Part shown: positions 36,933-46,137 of the stretch, one piece after another | Layout: each line of letters starts with the position of its first letter | Position numbering within the stretch: the stretch's first letter is position 1 | NCBI GenBank assembly: GCA_050011975.1 | Contig: JBEKIB010000006.1 | Span: forward strand, 26,433 to 90,432 | DNA: 64,000 nt | Direction: 5' to 3' | DNA from: Terriglobales bacterium | GTDB taxonomy: Bacteria > Acidobacteriota > Terriglobia > Terriglobales > Acidobacteriaceae | Position numbers and translations under genes: made by a program | Notes under the pieces: model-generated | The model's database searches: none | What the model was told of the DNA's origin: nothing | What the model saw: the letters and a program-made list of their open reading frames with translations, nothing else

Positions 36933-37940
36933 TCATCTCTTCCGTGGCGCTGGACCGGTGGAATCCCGCAGCACCGGCGTAGTGCTGATGTGAATCTCTT
37001 GCCCCATGTTGGCCAAGCCTTCCGCCGTGCGGTACAGCGCGTCGAAGGCTTTCCTGCCCAATTCCTCGCGTGACAAACGAATGGTTGTAAGCGGAGGGTG
37101 AGTGTACTGACTTAGTTCGATATCGTCAAATCCCACGACTGAAATGTCTCTGGGAACATCGAGACCTGCCGCTGTAATCGCACGCAGCGCCCCGATCGCC
37201 GTGAGATCGTTCGAAGTCACTACTGCAGTGGGAGGGTTCGGTTGCGAGAGCATCCCCCGCATCGCAATATCTCCTCCATCAACCCGGTGGTTGCCCTCCG
37301 CTTCGATCGGCTGCCACCGCGGAACACCGAGTTCTCGGAGACAACTCAGAAATGCCGAACGTCGCGTGCGAGCCGACTTCAAGATCAGGGGACCGCTGAT
37401 AAACCCAATCCGCTGATGACCGAGGGAAACCAAATGGCGAATCACCTCTCCGATACCTTTTGCGTAATCCACCACCACCCGGCTCACTAGCGGCTTCACC
37501 TCAGCCAAATCCAGGAACACCATGGGAAAGCGGCGGCGGTAAAGCTCCGTCAGAAGATGAGGGTCGAGTTCCGAGGTCATGATCGCGATGCCGTCCACCT
37601 TCCGTTCGATCATCTTCCTTACACATATAGCCATTCGATCCGACTTGTAGTCGGTGTTTGCCACCAGCACTTCGTAGCTGTGCTGGATCGCCGCGTCATC
37701 GAAACTCTTTACTAACTCGGGGAAAAACGGATTGGATATATCGGAGATAATCAGCCCGAACATCCGGCTTTTTCCTGAAACCAATGCACGGGCCTGGCCG
37801 TTCGGGTAATAGTTGAGATGGCGAATCACTTTCCAGACTCGGGCAGCAGTTTTGGCGTCGACCAATTCCGGGCGGTTGATGGTCCTCGAGATCGTGGCTG
37901 CCGAAACTTTCGCCCGAGCTGCCACTTGCTTGATGTTCAT
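36933..37940 (-). CDS. LacI-family transcriptional regulator
   Basis: 335 aa with N-terminal HTH MNIKQVAARAKVSAATISRTIN, followed by a periplasmic-binding-protein-like sugar-binding core. Confidence 0.9.
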   Translation of the reverse strand: MNIKQVAARAKVSAATISRTINRPELVDAKTAARVWKVIRHLNYYPNGQARALVSGKSRMFGLIISDISNPFFPELVKSFDDAAIQHSYEVLVANTDYKSDRMAICVRKMIERKVDGIAIMTSELDPHLLTELYRRRFPMVFLDLAEVKPLVSRVVVDYAKGIGEVIRHLVSLGHQRIGFISGPLILKSARTRRSAFLSCLRELGVPRWQPIEAEGNHRVDGGDIAMRGMLSQPNPPTAVVTSNDLTAIGALRAITAAGLDVPRDISVVGFDDIELSQYTHPPLTTIRLSREELGRKAFDALYRTAEGLANMGQEIHISTTPVLRDSTGPAPRKR

Positions 37941-38072
37941 AGCATTACTCTCGCCGCTCCGCCGGTTACCTGTCTAACTTTCGAGGACCATAACTCCCGG
38001 CCCTTCTTTCGGCAGCCTCGGAAGGAAATCCGCTGATACGGCGCAACCCAAAGGCACATCCCCGCGAGATCC

Positions 38073-39146
38073 TCACACACGGCGCGACTGCAGATAATGG
38101 ACCTCGCTGAGACCTCGCAGACAGTCCGCGGCGCTTTCTGCCGTAATGTCTCGCTGCGGCGTTGCCAGCATCTCGTAGCCAACCATGAACTTCTGCACGG
38201 TTGCCGAGCGCAACAACGGCGGGTAGTAGTGGGCGTGGAAGTGCCACTCCGGATGCGATTGTCCATCGGTAGGCATCTGATGAAAGCCCATGGAGTAGGG
38301 GAAAACGGTCTCAAAAAGATTGTCGTACCGGGTGGTGAGTCGTTTAAGGATGTCGCCCAGCAAATCGCGCTCTTGGCTGCTCAGTTGATCCATGGCCCCG
38401 AAGTGGCGGCGGCTTAAAAGTAGCGTTTCGAAGGGCCAAACCGCCCAGTAGGGAACGACGACCACGAAGCCGTCGTTCTCGCAAACGATTCGCTCTCCCA
38501 GCTGGAGTTCGAGGCGCAAGTAGTCGCACAGCAGGCAAGAGCCAATACGCGCGCGGTATTGCAGCAGCGAGTTCTGTTCGGTTTGGGTTTCATGGGGCAC
38601 CGTGGCGTTGGCCCAGACCTGGCAGTGAGGATGCGGATTGCTTGCGCCCATGATCACGCCGCGGTTTTCAAAGACGAGCACGTGATTCACAAAAGGCATC
38701 GAGCCTAATGCCTGGTACTGCTCCACCCACACGTCGACGACTTGCCGCAACTCGGCCGGGCTCAAGCGCGGGATCGTGAGGTCGTGCCGAGGTGACAAAC
38801 ATATGACTCGGCAAACGCCTTGTTCCGACCGCGCCACGATCAGTCCTGATTCCTCGATCTCGCGATGCGGTGTGTCCGGCAACAAGGCGGGATAATCATT
38901 GTCAAAAACGAAGGTGGACGAATACCGAGGATTGCGCGCAGTTCCGGCCCGGGCATTCCCCGGACACAAATAACAGGATGGGTCATAGGCCAGCGTAGCT
39001 TCGATGGCGCGCTCTTCTACTTTTCCGAGCCATGGACGCTGCGTGCGCTGCGGCGAGACAAGTATCCAGCGGCCCGTCAAAGGGTTGAGGCGTTGGTGCG
39101 GGAAATCCGCTAGTTCCGCAGTGCGCGTCATCGGTGAAGTTGGCAT
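38073..39146 (-). CDS. galT: Galactose-1-phosphate uridylyltransferase
   Basis: 357 aa with the zinc-site region CYLCPGN and active site HPHCQVWA (HxHxQ). Confidence 0.9.
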   Translation of the reverse strand: MPTSPMTRTAELADFPHQRLNPLTGRWILVSPQRTQRPWLGKVEERAIEATLAYDPSCYLCPGNARAGTARNPRYSSTFVFDNDYPALLPDTPHREIEESGLIVARSEQGVCRVICLSPRHDLTIPRLSPAELRQVVDVWVEQYQALGSMPFVNHVLVFENRGVIMGASNPHPHCQVWANATVPHETQTEQNSLLQYRARIGSCLLCDYLRLELQLGERIVCENDGFVVVVPYWAVWPFETLLLSRRHFGAMDQLSSQERDLLGDILKRLTTRYDNLFETVFPYSMGFHQMPTDGQSHPEWHFHAHYYPPLLRSATVQKFMVGYEMLATPQRDITAESAADCLRGLSEVHYLQSRRV

Positions 39147-39207
39147 GATTTCTCTTGATACCCGTTGGGATGAGGTGTCAGTCGATCTCGCAGCTTTCCT
39201 ATTGGGC

Positions 39208-40365
39208 TCACCTTAGGAATGGCCCCACTCCCTCGGATATGTCGCATATATAAATGTCGGGGCGAAGGCCGGTGGCGCAGTAGTAGGCGTCGCCGACTTG
39301 GCGCGCGAAGTCGGCCGCGGTTTCAGCCCGCACCAGATTGACTGTGCATCCGCCGAAGCCACCACCCGTCATCCGGGCTCCATATACGCCGCTGCTTCGA
39401 TTGGCGATCTCAACCATCAGATCCAGCTCCTGGCAGCTTACCTCGTAGTTGTTCTTCAGACTAAGATGCGATTCCGCCATCAATTCTCCGAATAAAGTGA
39501 GATCGCCAGCTTCCATGGCTGATGCCGCTCTTAACACGCGGTCGTTTTCCTCGATGACATGGCAGGCTCGCTTGTAGATCGTTGCCGGAAGCGCCGAGCG
39601 GTTGTCTTCCAGTTCACGCTTGCTCACATCGCGTAGCGCGCGGACGCCAGGAACTTTCGCCACGAGCAGTCGCACCGCCTCTTCGCACTCGCCGCGCCTG
39701 AGGTTGTACTCCGAGCTGGCAAGCTCGTGTTTCACCATGGTGTTGCAAATAACCAGGCGGGCTTGGTCGGGCACTCTAAGTAGGCGGAAATCCAGGGAAC
39801 GGCAATCCAGCAGCAGCGCATGGCCGCTCTTGCCGTAACAGGCGATGAACTGATCCATGATTCCGCATCGGGCGCCCACGTACTCGTTCTCCACCCACTG
39901 GCAGAGCAGGGCGAGCTTGCGTAGGTCAATCGGATACCCTGCCGAATCCAGAAGAGCGTAGGCCACGGAAGTTTCGAGCGCTGCCGACGAACTCAGACCG
40001 GAACCAAGCGGAACTTCGCTCTGAATATAAAGGTTGGCTCCCGGCAGCAGGAAACCAGCCCGTTCGAGCGCCGCTGCAATTCCGATAACATAGTCCGTCC
40101 AATGGCCAGTGCGCTTCGCCGGAAGATGATCAAGATGGGCACGGGCCTCACCCGTCGCGTTGGCAGAGTGGATGACCAGCGTGCGGTCGGTGCGCTCTTC
40201 GATTGCCACCCCGCAAGCCAGGTTGATGGCGGCGGGCATGACGTAGCCGTCGTTATAGTCCGTGTGTTCCCCGATGAGGTTGACGCGTCCGGGAGCGCGA
40301 TAAACTCGCCCGCGCTCGCCGAATCGTGCGCGCAGTCCTGCTAACCGGGTCGAGACCAGTTCCAT
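39208..40365 (-). CDS. galK: Galactokinase
   Basis: 385 aa with galactokinase signature [19 protein letters not shown] and GHMP kinase motif [11 protein letters not shown]. Confidence 0.9.
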   Translation of the reverse strand: MELVSTRLAGLRARFGERGRVYRAPGRVNLIGEHTDYNDGYVMPAAINLACGVAIEERTDRTLVIHSANATGEARAHLDHLPAKRTGHWTDYVIGIAAALERAGFLLPGANLYIQSEVPLGSGLSSSAALETSVAYALLDSAGYPIDLRKLALLCQWVENEYVGARCGIMDQFIACYGKSGHALLLDCRSLDFRLLRVPDQARLVICNTMVKHELASSEYNLRRGECEEAVRLLVAKVPGVRALRDVSKRELEDNRSALPATIYKRACHVIEENDRVLRAASAMEAGDLTLFGELMAESHLSLKNNYEVSCQELDLMVEIANRSSGVYGARMTGGGFGGCTVNLVRAETAADFARQVGDAYYCATGLRPDIYICDISEGVGPFLR

Positions 40366-40441
40366 AAGCTAAAACCGTGCCGCGTCGCGCGGCCGAGGCT
40401 GTAAACACAAACGACGCTACTTCAGATCAAAATGCCTCGCA

Positions 40442-40669
40442 TCACTTATCGTTCGCTTCGCGCTCGCTTACTTCTCGTGACCGACGCCGGCGCGCTAGAA
40501 GAACCATGAGAAAACCGAATACCAACAAAGCTGCTCCCCATCCCAGGTTGATGCTAAAGCCGGAACCCGCCTGATGCTGCGGCAGATCGTGCAGAATGCC
40601 CCAGAGCATCAAAATCAGACCGTAGACGGAAAACAGCACGCCAATGGGCAGCCGAACGTCGAGTCGCAC
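40442..40669 (-). CDS. Small two-helix membrane protein encoded immediately downstream of the SSS transporter
   Basis: 75 aa with two hydrophobic helices (IGVLFSVYGLILMLWGIL and GWGAALLVFGFLMVLLA) and a basic C-terminal tail. It starts 9 nt after the transporter stop. No family recognised. Confidence 0.45.
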   Translation of the reverse strand: MRLDVRLPIGVLFSVYGLILMLWGILHDLPQHQAGSGFSINLGWGAALLVFGFLMVLLARRRRSREVSEREANDK

Positions 40670-40678
40670 AGTACCTCA

Positions 40679-42532
40679 CTACCGAAAGATGAAGTTCAAA
40701 ACTACCGTTGCGGCCAACGCAATCAGGCCCAAATAGGCTGGACGCTTGTACCAATGAGCTTCCGTCGCTTTTTGACGCGGAGTCAGGGAGTAAACCAGAC
40801 CGACGAGTCCCTCCTCATCCGGCGCCTTGGTCAACAGGCTGACAAGAATCGTGACAAGAAAACATGTCGTCCAGGCAAAGATGGCAGTCCAGAAGTTTTG
40901 CGCCATCTCGCTCGGGTAGAGGTGAAGAACGCCCAGCCATCCCCCTTTAATGCCGGGCACGGATCCATTTGGAATGGTGAGAGCGTGGTGCGCCGCGGCC
41001 GCTGCGGTTCCCCCCAACAGACCGGCAAATGCGCCATGGGCGGTAGTCCGCTTCCAGAACATGCCCAGCAGAAAAGTGGCGAACAGCGGGGCATTCACAA
41101 AAGCGAAGACCAACTGCAGCACATCCATGATGTTATTGAACTGGTTGGCGACGTACGCCGCCAGAATGGAAAGCGCGATCCCGGCCACGGTCACCACGCG
41201 CCCCACCGCCAGGTAATGCTGGTCGCTGGCCTGCGGTCTTATGTAGGATTGGTAAATATCGTAAGTGCAAACCGTGTTAAATGCGGTGACATTGCCTGCC
41301 ATTCCAGACATGAAGCTTGCCAGCAGCGCCGTTATCCCAAGCCCAAGTATTCCACTTGGGTAGAAGTGCAGCAGCATGCTGGGGACGGCCATGTCATAGT
41401 CCAATTGAAGATTTCCATTGCTGTCGACAAGCGGCCGATTCGAGGCTGGGTCGACTTTGAAGGGGATGATTCCTCGTCCCCGTTGGATGTGCGCCCCAAG
41501 TCTTCCGTCCGCCGCCTGTGTTGCCAGGGTTGCCGGCACAGCCATGGCGATAAGCCCGGGCAAGATCACGAGAAAAGGAAACAGCATTTTCGGAAAGGCA
41601 GCGATGAGCGGAGTCCTCCGCGCAGCCTCCATCGAATCCGCTGCCATGGCGCGCTGCACCACCAGGAAATCCGTGCACCAGTAACCGAAAGAGAGAACGA
41701 ATCCCAGCCCCAGGCACAAACCCGTCCACTCCACCCCAAGCCGATTGGTCTGCGGACTGCCCATGCCGATCCAGGCATGAGTGTACGTAGGCCCCAGGGA
41801 TGCCTTCAACCCGTTCCATCCACCTACATTTTTCAACCCTAGCCACACCAGGGGCAGAAAACCCGCAACGATCAAGAAGAACTGCAGAACCTCGTTGTAA
41901 ATGGCGCTGGTCAAGCCGCCCAGCAGAATATACGCAAGCACGACCAGAGCCGACGCAACAATGGCCAGGTGAAACGTCCATGACACGTTGAGCCCGGCCT
42001 TCTGCAGCGGGACGTCCAGGATGTGGAGCGTCTGTATCAGCTTGGCCATGGCGTACATCGAAATACCGGAAGAAAAAACCGTCATCGTGGCGAACGAAAT
42101 CGCGTTCAGTCCCCGCGTCTTTTCGTCGAAGCGCAGGCGCAGATACTCCGGCACCGAGCGGGCGCGCGAACCGTAGTAGAACGGCATCATGAAGACGCCC
42201 ACAAAAACCATGGCTGGGATCGCCCCAATCCAGTAAAAGTGACTTGTCGCGATTCCGTACTTGGCGCCGGAGGCTCCCATGCCAATGACTTCCTGAGCGC
42301 CCAGGTTGGCAGAAATGAATGCCAGGCCACAAATCCATGCGGGGATCGACCGTCCGGCCAGGAAATAGTCTGTGCTGGTCTTCATCTGGCGCTTCAGAGC
42401 CACGCCAATTCCCAGCACAAACACGAAGTAGGTCGCGATCAGGAGCCAATCAATCGCCGTCAGGTTCACTTGGAAGGCCTTTGTTTGGCGTCCAGCGGAA
42501 GGCCCGGCTGGACTTTTGTCCGCAGCGCCCAA
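40679..42532 (-). CDS. Sodium:solute symporter family transporter (SGLT-like, probable galactose/sugar uptake)
   Basis: 617 aa, about 13-14 TM helices, with an SSS-like N-terminal region (DWLLIATYFVFVLGIGVALKR...DYFLAGRS). It is first in the operon with galK and galT. Confidence 0.8.
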   Translation of the reverse strand: MGAADKSPAGPSAGRQTKAFQVNLTAIDWLLIATYFVFVLGIGVALKRQMKTSTDYFLAGRSIPAWICGLAFISANLGAQEVIGMGASGAKYGIATSHFYWIGAIPAMVFVGVFMMPFYYGSRARSVPEYLRLRFDEKTRGLNAISFATMTVFSSGISMYAMAKLIQTLHILDVPLQKAGLNVSWTFHLAIVASALVVLAYILLGGLTSAIYNEVLQFFLIVAGFLPLVWLGLKNVGGWNGLKASLGPTYTHAWIGMGSPQTNRLGVEWTGLCLGLGFVLSFGYWCTDFLVVQRAMAADSMEAARRTPLIAAFPKMLFPFLVILPGLIAMAVPATLATQAADGRLGAHIQRGRGIIPFKVDPASNRPLVDSNGNLQLDYDMAVPSMLLHFYPSGILGLGITALLASFMSGMAGNVTAFNTVCTYDIYQSYIRPQASDQHYLAVGRVVTVAGIALSILAAYVANQFNNIMDVLQLVFAFVNAPLFATFLLGMFWKRTTAHGAFAGLLGGTAAAAAHHALTIPNGSVPGIKGGWLGVLHLYPSEMAQNFWTAIFAWTTCFLVTILVSLLTKAPDEEGLVGLVYSLTPRQKATEAHWYKRPAYLGLIALAATVVLNFIFR

Positions 42533-42627
42533 TGTTTTTTCTCATGGTGCGGCTTCAAGACTGGATTACCCCCCCGCGGCCCGTGAGCCTGAATGAATAT
42601 CCGGCATAGGCGAATCGCCGACATCCT

Positions 42628-42645
42628 AATGTAATCGATTACATT
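42628..42645. promoter_or_regulatory. LacI-type palindromic operator upstream of the SSS-galK-galT operon
   Basis: Perfect 18-bp palindrome AATGTAATCGATTACATT. Its core TGTAATCGATTACA fits the LacI/GalR-family consensus TGnAAnCGnTTnCA. It lies 96-113 nt upstream of the transporter start codon. Confidence 0.6.
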
Positions 42646-42777
42646 GATGACCACAACGGGATTCTGATCGGACCTCCGCTTTCAGGCAAGAACTTCCGGT
42701 GCCCGTAGTGTGCCCCAAACTCCGCCTGTGACCTGAACGGCGAAATTTGTACCAGGTGGAACAACTGCGGTGCTACC

Positions 42778-43512
42778 ATGAAGAGCGCAAGATTGCTCCG
42801 GCGGAAAGTTCCCATGTCAGGTGGAAGGTTGCGGAGAAAATTCCTCGTTGTCTTCGCTCTTATTTTGGTGCCCCCAAGCCTTGTGGGACAGCAGAAATTC
42901 ACAGGTAAGTTGGTGCCATCGCCAGTTCCCTTGCCAGGGGCGTCATCGCAGGTTTCTCTTCCTCCGGAACAAATGCCGGCCTCGCCACCTGAAGTGCAAT
43001 TCCACCAGGGCCAGCTCACAATCAAGGCCTCGAACTCCACTTTAGGCGACATTCTGAGGGCCGTGTGCAGGGAGACCGGGGCATCCGAAGAGATGACGGG
43101 CAACGCTACTGAACGTGTGATCGGACGATTCGGCCCTGGGCCGGCCCGTGATGTGCTGGCCTCTCTGTTGAACGGATCGCATTTCAACTACGTCTTATTG
43201 GGATCGGCGGAGAATCCTCTCGCGCTTGACCGGGTCATTCTGACTTCTCGATCCGTCATAAACGACCAGTCGTTTCAACAGGCGAGCGCATCGACGCCGC
43301 AGAATCATCCCATCCAGGCTGAAGCCGGTCCAGTGATCAATTTGCCGCCTGCGATTCGCGCGGCCAACGCCAGGGCAATGGCGGCCCGTTCCCTAATGAC
43401 GCAGCCGTCGCACACTGACGCCAAGTCGAGTGACGACTCTGCTCCCGACCCTCCAGCCCGTGCCGACGCGGCGGACGAGCGGGGAACTCCGGGGCACGAC
43501 GACCGGCACTAG
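42778..43512 (+). CDS. Hypothetical secreted/anchored protein with an STN-like segment
   Basis: 244 aa with an N-terminal hydrophobic segment (FLVVFALILVPPSLV). The middle region LTIKASNSTLGDILRAVCRETGASEE...ARDVLASLLNGSHFNYVLLG loosely resembles a secretin/TonB N-terminal (STN) domain. The C-terminus is low complexity. Confidence 0.4.
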   Translation: MKSARLLRRKVPMSGGRLRRKFLVVFALILVPPSLVGQQKFTGKLVPSPVPLPGASSQVSLPPEQMPASPPEVQFHQGQLTIKASNSTLGDILRAVCRETGASEEMTGNATERVIGRFGPGPARDVLASLLNGSHFNYVLLGSAENPLALDRVILTSRSVINDQSFQQASASTPQNHPIQAEAGPVINLPPAIRAANARAMAARSLMTQPSHTDAKSSDDSAPDPPARADAADERGTPGHDDRH

Positions 43513-43606
43513 CAACAGCAACCGAACCCGCGATTCGCATCACAACCCAGCCGTTCCCGCAGTATGTACGCGGCCTCTCCTTGCAAGTGCCGGATAACTA
43601 AAGTTC

Positions 43607-43696
43607 TGGCGGAGAGGGAGGGATTCGAACCCCCGATACCCTTTCGGGTATGCCGGTTTTCAAGACCGGAGCCATCAACCACTCGGCCACCTCTCC
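43607..43696 (-). tRNA. tRNA-Ser (anticodon UGA), class II with long variable arm, CCA encoded
   Basis: The minus strand reads GGAGAGGTGGCCGAGTGGTTGATGGCTCCGGTCTTGAAAACCGGCATACCCGAAAGGGTATCGGGGGTTCGAATCCCTCCCTCTCCGCCA. The acceptor stem is GGAGAGG/CCTCTCC and the anticodon stem is CCGGT/ACCGG. The anticodon loop is CTTGAAA. The T-loop is TTCGAAT. Confidence 0.95.
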
Positions 43697-43907
43697 AGCT
43701 ACTACAGTTCTACTACAGTAACAATTTTACGGCAGCAGCCGCACAAGGTCAGGATGCGTCACGCTGCCGAGCTGCGCTCGGTTCGCACGTTTCGCCTTCG
43801 CTCTCGCTCGCGGTTCGAATTCGGCGGATACGAAATCGCCTTTCGGGATTGCCGATTTAAACTGCTCCGAATGATTGCTCCGGCGAGCCCCGGATCCGAG
43901 ATCACGG

Positions 43908-44465
43908 CTACGTTTTGTACGTTCCGCGACTATGCGTTTTCGGGCTCGTGGTTTTGTAGTCTTCGGATTTGCCCCGCGGAATACTCAGCGTCTGCCATTG
44001 TGAACTGCGCAGGTGCTTAGCCAGGAAGACGATTTGTCCAATGTGTTGCGCGTAGTGGGCGAGCGCGCGGTTGAGCGCCTGCATGACCGTGTGCGGCTCC
44101 TGGCGGATGGTCACGGTGCGTTCCACATCTTCGGGCTGGAGTGAGTCCAGAGTGGAAAACACATGAAACCACGCCTGCTCCCACCAGCGCAGAACTTCTT
44201 CGCGCGTGGTTTTCTCCAAAACTTCAAATTCCTGGTCGCGAAAACGATCCGGCTTCTCGCCATCGCTGGTGAGGAAGCCGGTAAAGCGTGAGCGCGCGTT
44301 GCCGGCGATGTGCTTGACCAGGGCAGCGACAGAGTTCGATTCCGGATCGAGTGCGACGAAGAAATCCTTGTCTTCAAGCTGTGCCATGGCAGCTTCGCCC
44401 ATGCGCTTGTGGCCGCGGAACTGGCGCTTCATTTCTTCGAGATAGTGGGATGCGAGGTCAGTCAT
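43908..44465 (-). CDS. DinB-superfamily protein (DUF1572-like)
   Basis: The track ORF is 206 aa. The ATG at 44465 (MTDLASHYLEEM) follows AGGA. Motifs ESNSVAALVKHIAGNARSRFTGFLTSDGEKPDRFRDQEFE match my recollection of DUF1572. Confidence 0.7.
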   Translation of the reverse strand: MTDLASHYLEEMKRQFRGHKRMGEAAMAQLEDKDFFVALDPESNSVAALVKHIAGNARSRFTGFLTSDGEKPDRFRDQEFEVLEKTTREEVLRWWEQAWFHVFSTLDSLQPEDVERTVTIRQEPHTVMQALNRALAHYAQHIGQIVFLAKHLRSSQWQTLSIPRGKSEDYKTTSPKTHSRGTYKT

Positions 44466-44478
44466 GGAAGTCCTATCG

Positions 44479-44586
44479 CAGAGGTCAGAGGTTAGATTGC
44501 AGAGGTAAGAACCCCCAATTTTCAGCAATTGCGCTGCTGCGAGAGGGTTCTACCTCTGCAATCTAACCTCTAACCTCTGACCTGCA
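44479..44586. repeat. Periodic-arm palindrome 1 (heptamer units CAGAGGT / ACCTCTG)
   Basis: The left arm is CAGAGGT CAGAGGT TAGATTG CAGAGGT AAGAACC (44479-44513). After a loop of about 30 nt, the right arm is GGTTCT ACCTCTG CAATCTA ACCTCTA ACCTCTG ACCTGCA (44546-44586). The arms are mirrored unit for unit. The right arm overlaps the last 5 codons and stop of the FGE-like gene. Confidence 0.9.
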
Positions 44587-45412
44587 ATTGTACGTCGCAC
44601 GCGACGCGGAACCCATAGTCGGCGTACTTGAATTCCGGAGGGATGCTGGAGCGGGCGGCGCAGCGCGACATTTTGACGTGGTGACGCCAGGAGCCTCCGC
44701 GGGAAGCGCGCCGGTCGCCGGTTTCAGGGCCGCGTGGATTACGCTCGGGCGACACCGCATAGTAGTTGGCCGCGTACCAGTCGCTGCACCACTCGTGCAC
44801 GTTGTCGCACATGTTGTAAAGGCCGTATGCGTTGGCGTCGGCGCGACCAACGGGTTCGGGGCCGGTCTTCCAATGGGTCGCGCAACGATCTGCGTAGCCG
44901 GGCAACGACTGCGGCGGCGCATCGCCCCACGGGAAGAGTGCGCCTGCGTCTACGTCTGCATCTGCATCGTCCATGCCTCCGCGTGCCGCGCGCTCCCACT
45001 CGGCCTCGGTAGGCAAGCGGAAATTTTTGCCGGTCGTTATTCCGTCGGGCGCTATTCCATCGGTCTTTATTCTGCCGGTCGTTGCGCTGAGCCACCGGCA
45101 GTAGCGGATTGCTTCGTACCACGACACTCCAACGACTGGCTGCTCAGGATGGTTGAACGCGGGGTCGCTCCAGAACGGTGGCGACGAGGATAGAGATGCG
45201 GTGTCGCGCAGGAAACGTTCGTAGTCGGCATTAGTGACTTGGTGAGCACCGAGCAGAAATTCGTCAACCCAGACGCGATGCACCGGCTTTTCGTTGTCCT
45301 GTCCGGTGTCGCAGCCCATCAGGAACCAGCCTGCGGGGATGCGGACGAGCGCGGGAACGCAATCTTGTTCTTGCGTTCGGGATCGGAAGAGCAATTCGGC
45401 AGCCGGGTCCAT
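44570..45412 (-). CDS. Formylglycine-generating-enzyme (SUMF1/FGE-sulfatase) domain protein
   Basis: The track ORF is 400 aa, but its first 120 codons overlap thiE. The ATG at 45412 lies 4 nt after the thiE stop and gives 280 aa. Motifs are RIPAGWFLMGCD, NEKPVHRVWVDEFLLGAHQVTNADYERF and RGGSWRH. Confidence 0.8.
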   Translation of the reverse strand: MDPAAELLFRSRTQEQDCVPALVRIPAGWFLMGCDTGQDNEKPVHRVWVDEFLLGAHQVTNADYERFLRDTASLSSSPPFWSDPAFNHPEQPVVGVSWYEAIRYCRWLSATTGRIKTDGIAPDGITTGKNFRLPTEAEWERAARGGMDDADADVDAGALFPWGDAPPQSLPGYADRCATHWKTGPEPVGRADANAYGLYNMCDNVHEWCSDWYAANYYAVSPERNPRGPETGDRRASRGGSWRHHVKMSRCAARSSIPPEFKYADYGFRVACDVQLQVRG

Positions 45413-45416
45413 GGGG

Positions 45417-46103
45417 TCAGAGCGCCCGCAGCGCGCGGGCGACGTCCTCGATTTTATTCTCCTGAAACAAGCGGATGGCGGCGATGCCGGCCGCTCCCGC
45501 TTCCAGGCACGAGGCGGCGTTCTCCACCGTGACGCCGCCGAGAGCGAGAACGGGAATCTTGGCGCGGCAGGCTTCCCGCAAGGCGGCGAGGCCAGCGGGT
45601 GGCGTCCCGGTAGAGCCTCTTTTTCCGAACACCGGAGCGAAAACGGCGAAGTCGGCTTTCTCGGACTCGGCGCGGTAGACATCGGCGGCAGTGTGGCAGG
45701 AGGCGACCACGAGAAAGTGGTCAGTGGCCGGCGGCCGGTGGGCAGAAGCTTCCAACACATGGCGCACTTCATGAGGCGCGATATCGTCGGAGCGCAGATG
45801 AACGCCGTCGGCTCCCGCGGCGAGCGCGACGTCGGTGCGGGAGTTGATGAGGATGCGAGTTCTCAGTTCCCGGTTCTCAGTTCTCAGTGGAGTGCCGTTG
45901 CGCACGGCTACTAGAGCGTCGCCTGCCAGCATTTCCAGCTCTCTCGCACTCAGATCTTTTTCGCGGAGCTGGATATAGTCGATGCCGACACTCGCAGCTT
46001 CGGCGATCCTGGCGAGCAGGGCGCGGCGGCGCGCGTATTCGTCGCCGCGGAACTGGCTGCGGTCGGTGATGTAGTAGAGCAGACAGCGGTCAGCCATCGG
46101 CAT
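45417..46103 (-). CDS. thiE: Thiamine-phosphate synthase
   Basis: 228 aa with motifs IDYIQLREKD, ILINSRTDVALAAGADGVHL, VASCH and IPVLALGGVTVENA...GAAGIAAI. Confidence 0.85.
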   Translation of the reverse strand: MPMADRCLLYYITDRSQFRGDEYARRRALLARIAEAASVGIDYIQLREKDLSARELEMLAGDALVAVRNGTPLRTENRELRTRILINSRTDVALAAGADGVHLRSDDIAPHEVRHVLEASAHRPPATDHFLVVASCHTAADVYRAESEKADFAVFAPVFGKRGSTGTPPAGLAALREACRAKIPVLALGGVTVENAASCLEAGAAGIAAIRLFQENKIEDVARALRAL

Positions 46104-46137
46104 TCAGCGTACTACGAGAGCTCGCTCCACACGGGTC

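Noticed and set aside
40574-42586. Plus-strand ORFs (40574..41842, 42023..42586) antisense to the SSS transporter
   Set aside because: They are shadow ORFs with no motifs. The minus strand encodes a convincing multi-TM symporter.
43699-43719. 10-bp direct repeat CTACTACAGT x2 (11-bp period) immediately 5' of tRNA-Ser
   Set aside because: It is real in the sequence, but only two copies exist and the significance is unclear. It may simply be part of the tRNA promoter or leader. There is not enough evidence to call a regulatory site.
45413-45772. N-terminal 120-codon extension of the FGE-like ORF (track 44570..45772)
   Set aside because: It overlaps thiE and is Pro/Ser/Arg-rich. The ATG at 45412 lies 4 nt after the thiE stop and precedes the conserved FGE domain.
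46104-46137. TPP riboswitch upstream of thiE
   Set aside because: Only 34 nt separate thiE from the upstream gene, which is too short for a THI element. thiE appears to be co-transcribed.
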